Source: Candidatus Thorarchaeota archaeon (GTDB taxonomy: Archaea > Asgardarchaeota > Thorarchaeia > Thorarchaeales > Thorarchaeaceae). From it: DNA of 64,000 nt. The DNA lies in NCBI GenBank assembly GCA_004524445.1, contig SDNP01000001.1, positions 98,460 through 162,459 on the forward strand. Reading direction: 5' to 3'. Positions within the stretch are counted from its first letter, which is position 1. The number at the start of each line of letters is the position of its first letter. A program made the position numbers and the translations under genes. Of the stretch, positions 58,289 to 64,000 are shown in pieces. The notes below the pieces were generated by a model. That model was not told the DNA's origin. It ran no database searches and saw nothing but the letters and a program-made list of their open reading frames with translations.

Positions 58289-61200
58289 ATGATTAAGGAC
58301 AAAAAGGGGAAGAACAAGGAGAAATCCGAGCCAGACAATGTTCCTCAACACCTATTTGATGCCTCGTTACCTGCAATAATTGGTTCCAGTCCCGCCAAAG
58401 CATCTTCCCTTGACTGTTGGAGGGCTCAATCATTTGCCACGCGTCTGCATCGTGAATTCGAGATGAGTCTGGAAAAGGGATTCACTGCCGGCATGAGGAG
58501 CAGGTACTATGCTCTGTTCGAATGCTATGAGGAAACAACCCGTTCTCTACGAGAAGCAATTCAAACGCAAAACACTGCGATGATGGTTTCATCTCTCCGC
58601 TCTTTGATTGCCCTGAATGCCCCACTGAGTTATATGCATAGAATGGCCCCAAGATCGATTCCTCTACATCTAACGCTAGATCCGGTTTTAAAGAAGAAAC
58701 TGATTGGCGATTTGATAATAAAATCGCTTCAGGACGCAACAGAACCATTAGATGTTGATGAAATCTGTGACTACATAAATAGCCATGAAATGCTGCAACA
58801 AATACGTGAAGAAACAGTCCAGAAACATTTGAAGAGTCTTTTAGATACTGACCATATTTCTGAAGAAAAAGGGCTCTATAGTCGCACGAATAGAACATAC
58901 AAGACCACGAATCTCGATGATGCCACTCTGAAGGCGCTGCTCGGAAAAGAGCTCTACGAGGAATTTGAACGAAATGGCTTTCCTGGTATTTCGAATATAC
59001 TCAATAAGAAGGAGAAATTCTACAAGTTCTTTGAGAGAACAACTGGAAGCGGAAAACTCGTTTCAGAACTATTCATTTCGGCTTTGTCGGATATACAAGC
59101 TCTTGAAGAAGAAAAGCCAAAGGTCATGACCTGGCAGCATACTGATTTAATTGGGTCGGCCATTCCTAGACCCTATCAGAGGGACGCATATGCGATTTTT
59201 CGAGGTCACGGTTATCAAGGACCATTGATTGAGGCGCCTACGGCTTCAGGGAAAACTCTCGTTGGTATGATGGCAATCCAGGATTGGCTAGATTCATTGT
59301 CTCCGGGAGAATCAATCCTAGTTCTTGTTCCGACAGTGAACTATGAGCAGCAATGGGTTAGAGAGTTGTGTTACAAAGACATAGGATTGCACCTCTCTCC
59401 TGATGATGTATTTGCAGGCACTACTGCGGCATATGAAGAAAAGCGAGAACAATCCAAAACTCCTCCCGCTGTTCTGGTTATGACTTACACTGCTTTGGCG
59501 CAGTTGGGTTCTCCCAAAGGTAAAGGTGGATTCGACAAGATATCAATAGAACGATTTCTACAGGGGAGCAGTACTCGATATATCATCTTGGATGAAGTAC
59601 ATAAGGTAGTTCAAGATATGGATGGTGTTTCAGCTGGAGTGGCTCGACTCCTCGTAGACTGGCTTGAGGACGGAAGCCTGGAAGGCCTCATTGGCTTCTC
59701 GGGAACTGCTGAGGCTTATCGTAATCGATTTGACGAATTAGGTTTGAAGCTCGTCTATGTAATGCCCTCTGTTGATTTAATTGCATACGGGTTTGTCGCT
59801 CCTTACGGAGAGTTTGGCGTTCCTTTCACATATTCTGAAAGGGAGAAGAGAATTCGTACTCTTCTCGCGGAATATAAGGAGCTGATGCAGAATTTCATAC
59901 ATCTCGTAGGTTCTGAGTTTTTGAGAGCTGCGTTCCGCTTGATTCCATACAAAGAACGACTGCGTATTAGTATGGATTTCTTAGATATGTACTCCTACCG
60001 CAAGGACCGAAGAACCGCATTAAGAAACCGCTTTAGAAAATGGTCTCGTGGAAAGGACTTGAATATCAATGAGATGCCTCTTGTAAGTATCATACAGATT
60101 GCAGAGAATCTTTCTGATGCAGAACTCCTAAGCCGCGCCACGGCTGCTTCATCACCTGATGTGGTGAAGAAAAAGAAAAAGCAGTTCCAGAAGATACTCC
60201 TTCAGGTCAATGATATCAGGTCTAGCTTGATTGAACTAGTGAAACTCACTTACATTACCTCAAGATTGGATCAGTCGAAGTTTGGACTGCGTCTGCCTGC
60301 CAAGAAGCTCATGGATGCATATCCAAATATTGAAACAAAAGTAGCGCTCGATAACTTGGTCAAGGACACCTTGGCCTATTCCATCGTTGGCTTGTACACG
60401 ATTCTCAGGTCTCTCTACTATCGCATGGGCGAGGGAAGAGTGAAAATAATCAGTTCAATCATTGATGCTGAGCAATCAGTACGCAATTTGACCGGCGTCA
60501 TCATATTTGGCAAGGGAAAACAACTTGATTGGGAAACAGGCAAAGCTGAACCCGGCTATTCTGGGGTCGCTGGTATCTTTGCTCAGATGCTTCTAGAAAG
60601 CGAACTCATACCCATGGCAGTTTTATCCAATGAGATGTATCTGCCTTGGCTTCCTGACTATTCAGTTCCAAATTTGGTTTCCGACTTCATCAAGAAAGAG
60701 ATTATGGGATCCGAACTTGCTAAGACACTGCTAAGCCTCTTGGTTCAAGGCGTGCAAGTGTCCCCTGAACAGCGACGTCATCTCTCGAAAGGCTATGAAG
60801 AAATTCTAGATGGATACTTGAACGAGCTGGGAACCGTCGGCGCACTCAGACCAGTTGAATTCGATGAGCTCGTCCTTCAAAAGTTGCGAGAGTTGGTCGG
60901 AAGGTTGGACATTCAAGATGAGGAAACGATTCTATCCAGACTAAATTTGGAGTACCCCCATATGGACAAATGGATGCGCAACTTCTTCGATTATGCTCTT
61001 GTTGCATCTCGTTTTGAGGAAGCTGAAATGGCAGAACTGAGGCATCCTACCGGAAAGACGGGCAAGTTCTTCGTGGTCAGAATGGCACAAGATGAACGTA
61101 AGCAGCTTATGTACGACCTAGCTGCACGAATACTTGACTCTGACATATTGCCCATCAATCTTATCGTCGTTTCTAGGTGGGCCCGCACCGGCTGGAATGT

Positions 61201-61888
61201 GATTTCTCCAAATCTCCTTATTGACGCAACCGCAACAAGGAATGTTACTGCCTGGCAACAATTACGGGGCCGATCCATGCGTGCTCTTCCTTCCTGGGAT
61301 GATGACTGCTACGAGGCAATGATGCTTCTTCTAGGGTCAAGAAAAGCAAAACATGCGGCAATGGGCTCGAAATCTAATGAACCACAATCAACACCAGAAA
61401 TCAGTAACCAATTGGATGCTGAGATTATAGAGATACTACTTACCGTTCATCATCAGGCCACCTCTTCCCGAACATCCGAATGCAGTGACGAACTCCCTCA
61501 AAAGATCCGTAAAGGCGACTTGAGTGCTTTGACTGCTAATGAGCGGCAACAACTAGCTGCTGAGCTGATGCTAGCCAGAAACAAAGTCACACATATCTAT
61601 GAACTTGTGAAAGCATATGGTGGCACAAATCAGATCCGCTATAATCGGCGTCATGATGAATGGAGACGCACCTTAGCCATTGCTACTAAACACTCGCACA
61701 ACTACTCAATCAATCCCTTTACTGGAGACTATGAGAAGGGCGAAGAGCACGCTCCCTTGATATATATTGATGACCCGCGTGATGATTCTCCTGCCAGATT
61801 ACAGACGTATCTCACTAGTCAATTGAAACAATGCGATTTCACAATCGTAGACGGTTGGATTCGAGCTCTTCTAGCCAAGAGTAGATAG
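58289..61888 (+). CDS. large superfamily 2 (ResIII/XPB-like) helicase/ATPase
   Basis: RPYQ, APTASGKT, LVPT, DEVH, GFSGT, TGWN and QLRGRSMR. Confidence 0.85.
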   Translation: MIKDKKGKNKEKSEPDNVPQHLFDASLPAIIGSSPAKASSLDCWRAQSFATRLHREFEMSLEKGFTAGMRSRYYALFECYEETTRSLREAIQTQNTAMMVSSLRSLIALNAPLSYMHRMAPRSIPLHLTLDPVLKKKLIGDLIIKSLQDATEPLDVDEICDYINSHEMLQQIREETVQKHLKSLLDTDHISEEKGLYSRTNRTYKTTNLDDATLKALLGKELYEEFERNGFPGISNILNKKEKFYKFFERTTGSGKLVSELFISALSDIQALEEEKPKVMTWQHTDLIGSAIPRPYQRDAYAIFRGHGYQGPLIEAPTASGKTLVGMMAIQDWLDSLSPGESILVLVPTVNYEQQWVRELCYKDIGLHLSPDDVFAGTTAAYEEKREQSKTPPAVLVMTYTALAQLGSPKGKGGFDKISIERFLQGSSTRYIILDEVHKVVQDMDGVSAGVARLLVDWLEDGSLEGLIGFSGTAEAYRNRFDELGLKLVYVMPSVDLIAYGFVAPYGEFGVPFTYSEREKRIRTLLAEYKELMQNFIHLVGSEFLRAAFRLIPYKERLRISMDFLDMYSYRKDRRTALRNRFRKWSRGKDLNINEMPLVSIIQIAENLSDAELLSRATAASSPDVVKKKKKQFQKILLQVNDIRSSLIELVKLTYITSRLDQSKFGLRLPAKKLMDAYPNIETKVALDNLVKDTLAYSIVGLYTILRSLYYRMGEGRVKIISSIIDAEQSVRNLTGVIIFGKGKQLDWETGKAEPGYSGVAGIFAQMLLESELIPMAVLSNEMYLPWLPDYSVPNLVSDFIKKEIMGSELAKTLLSLLVQGVQVSPEQRRHLSKGYEEILDGYLNELGTVGALRPVEFDELVLQKLRELVGRLDIQDEETILSRLNLEYPHMDKWMRNFFDYALVASRFEEAEMAELRHPTGKTGKFFVVRMAQDERKQLMYDLAARILDSDILPINLIVVSRWARTGWNVISPNLLIDATATRNVTAWQQLRGRSMRALPSWDDDCYEAMMLLLGSRKAKHAAMGSKSNEPQSTPEISNQLDAEIIEILLTVHHQATSSRTSECSDELPQKIRKGDLSALTANERQQLAAELMLARNKVTHIYELVKAYGGTNQIRYNRRHDEWRRTLAIATKHSHNYSINPFTGDYEKGEEHAPLIYIDDPRDDSPARLQTYLTSQLKQCDFTIVDGWIRALLAKSR

Positions 61889-61920
61889 CATATTCATGGT
61901 TACCTCTTTAAATCCTGCAC

Positions 61921-62769
61921 TCAGACTTGAGGAGGCCCTTTTTTGATTCTCTCCCGAAGGACATTCCATTCTGCTCTAAGACCATGAATATCTTCTAGGA
62001 ACCAAGTGACCCCCGATTCCTGCCATGAGCTAATAATCTCAGCATCCTGTCCCGTGCCCTCTCCCGAGGTTTCTCCGCATACAACAATATCGTAATCATT
62101 CAGACTCCCCCTCTCATCTTCAATGATTTTCAGGATGTCCTTCAAGTGATGAGGAAGGAATTTCTCGGGCCACCTCGAGTTTACTGGAGCAACTCCATCG
62201 TATAGCGCAGCACGCTTAAATGGAGTCTGATGAGGCCATCCGCCTCCTATCCAGATTGGGATTCTCGGCCTCTGCATTGGTCGAGGAAGAAAAATCATTT
62301 CGTCGAGTTGATAATGTACGCCGTCATGAGAGAATTCTTCACCCGACCACAAGCCGGTTAGTATCTTCAAACCTTCATCCAGTTTTTCTGCCCGTATACG
62401 GGCATCTGATTCTTCTCCAAATGCTTCATATTCTCTTTGAGGGGGCGCTCCAATACCAAATCCTACTATGAGCCTGCCCTTCGAGAGATGATCAAGTGAA
62501 ACAGTTTCCCTAGCTAGTTTCCAAGGGCGTCTTCTCGGGATGGGCGTTATGAGTGGGCCTAGGCGAATTTTCCGAGTACTCAGAGCTATTGCTGCTAGTG
62601 CAATCCATGGATCCACGAAATCTGTCATGCCCTCGTTGTCAAATACCAACATATGGTCCCAGATGAAGAAACCCCCCCATCCTGCATCTTCGACCTCTCC
62701 TGCTATTTCAGTGAGGAGCGCAATATCTCCAAAATAGCCAAAATTGGGAACATTTATTCCAAATTTCAT
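61921..62769 (-). CDS. LLM-class flavin/F420-dependent oxidoreductase
   Basis: WDH, DPWIALAAIA, LDHLSKGRL..G.G and P.Q.PRIPIWIGG. Confidence 0.92.
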   Translation of the reverse strand: MKFGINVPNFGYFGDIALLTEIAGEVEDAGWGGFFIWDHMLVFDNEGMTDFVDPWIALAAIALSTRKIRLGPLITPIPRRRPWKLARETVSLDHLSKGRLIVGFGIGAPPQREYEAFGEESDARIRAEKLDEGLKILTGLWSGEEFSHDGVHYQLDEMIFLPRPMQRPRIPIWIGGGWPHQTPFKRAALYDGVAPVNSRWPEKFLPHHLKDILKIIEDERGSLNDYDIVVCGETSGEGTGQDAEIISSWQESGVTWFLEDIHGLRAEWNVLRERIKKGPPQV

Positions 62770-62928
62770 CTCTATAACCAGTCACAGAGAAATTCAGACA
62801 TTTGATTTTACTTCTTCTCTCAGTTTTGGCGAGCTAATTCACGCAAGCCTAGATGCTTTCCCCTGCAATGGGCGGGATTAGCAAGACGATGTCTTTCTTC
62901 TCTTATGATAAATCTCAGAATCGAAACA

Positions 62929-64000
62929 TTATCTTCTCCTAATAATGATGATCAGAATCACGATTACCAGGGCCCCTGCAACGGTAGCAACGAGAACCAT
63001 GTTCTCCCTGAGGAAGTCCATTATTCTTGATGTAGGTGAGGTGGTATCTGTCGTTGTGGTTTCTGTGGTGGTCGTAGTTGTAATGGAAGTATCAGTAGTA
63101 GTAGTAGTAGTTGTCGTCGTAGTTGTATCATCTTCAGTCGAATATGAGAATTCACTGCTTTGAATCTGGTTACCTGCAACATCTATCACATTCACCCTGA
63201 ATTTCACCACCAACCCACCAGGGTTGGGAGCAATTACTCCTACATACAATCCCCCACTCAACGTCATCGGGATTAAGTTGGAAGATACCCAATTATCCGT
63301 GGTAAATTCAATAACAATGTTTGAGATCCCAGATGCATTGATAGGCTCCGATGCATTGGCCTTCACCTCTACGTACTGATTGGAGAATACGGTGGCAGTC
63401 GCGTTGCTTTCAACTGAATGAATGATTGGATTGACAGAGTCACCTACTTTGTAGTACCCCGCCAGCGTTGGTCGTCCGATAGCAGAACCGTTGACTGGAA
63501 TGATCTCATACCAAATAGACTGGTTGTACTGATGAGCAGGAATTGAGGCTGAATAACTAGCTCCCGTAATAGTCAAGCCTGGCATGATAGCAGTTGACCA
63601 ATTATTGCCACTGTGTGTCATATTGAGAACATGAACTGTTGACCAATTGTCATGTGACCAGTGCAAGACAACAAAGTCCACAGAAGATATGTTTGAAGCT
63701 AGGACAACCGTGTCAGTGTATTCTGGGCTTCCTGGGTTCTGTGAAGATTCTACGATATTTGGAATACTTGTCGCTTCTATGATTGCTTGACTGATATTCA
63801 GTTTACCGTAACCCCATATTATGTGACCTGGTCCGGGATAGGGGTTGGGTGAGGGAGTGAATCCATCCGTCCAAGCAGTTTTCTCCACAATATCTTTGAC
63901 CAGGTGACCTATATCGGGATTTAGCTGAAGCAGAAGGGCTGCAGCTCCGGCAACATGTGGTCCCGCAGCAGAGGTTCCGCTGAATAGTTGATACCCTCCA
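62929..64000 (-). CDS. membrane-anchored S8 (subtilisin-like) peptidase, 5'-truncated by the window edge
   Basis: frame open to the edge with FSGTSAAGPHVAGAAALL (catalytic Ser motif); WGYGKL; Thr-rich linker; C-terminal TM followed by RRR. Confidence 0.88.
   Translation of the reverse strand, partial: GGYQLFSGTSAAGPHVAGAAALLLQLNPDIGHLVKDIVEKTAWTDGFTPSPNPYPGPGHIIWGYGKLNISQAIIEATSIPNIVESSQNPGSPEYTDTVVLASNISSVDFVVLHWSHDNWSTVHVLNMTHSGNNWSTAIMPGLTITGASYSASIPAHQYNQSIWYEIIPVNGSAIGRPTLAGYYKVGDSVNPIIHSVESNATATVFSNQYVEVKANASEPINASGISNIVIEFTTDNWVSSNLIPMTLSGGLYVGVIAPNPGGLVVKFRVNVIDVAGNQIQSSEFSYSTEDDTTTTTTTTTTTDTSITTTTTTETTTTDTTSPTSRIMDFLRENMVLVATVAGALVIVILIIIIRRR

Noticed and set aside
63050-63126. AGT/CGT trinucleotide run as a microsatellite or CRISPR-like array
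   Set aside because: It encodes the Thr-rich linker of the S8 peptidase and has no repeat-spacer structure.

Overview
Archaeal chromosomal window, inferred to come from an Asgard archaeon, probably Thorarchaeia. The basis is an Asgard-type actin at 25552-26694 and an archaeal rpl22-to-secY ribosomal protein cluster with S4e, L32e, L19e and Rpp29. It also carries a dispersed histidine-utilisation set (hutU, hutH, hutI), tRNA-modification genes (cgi121, THUMP, sua5), ECF transporter subunits, hypD, mobA, surface proteins and an SF2 helicase. I saw no rRNA, tRNA, CRISPR array or intact transposase. The main finding is that hutU is not a broken gene. It is interrupted inside its conserved NYG-Q-MTAG motif by a 30-nt, stop-containing insert (3953-3982) that folds into a canonical bulge-helix-bulge (BHB) motif. 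Cleavage at the standard archaeal splicing-endonuclease positions restores the frame and the conserved Gln codon exactly, so this is a candidate tRNA-type intron in an mRNA. Secondary findings are a wHTH-CARF-like/Mini-III-like RNase pair next to an HD dNTPase, L32e with four HhH repeats, a structured leader before rpl22, insertions in the ribosomal protein operon, and several odd orphan proteins. All calls are by eye from motifs; no searches were run.
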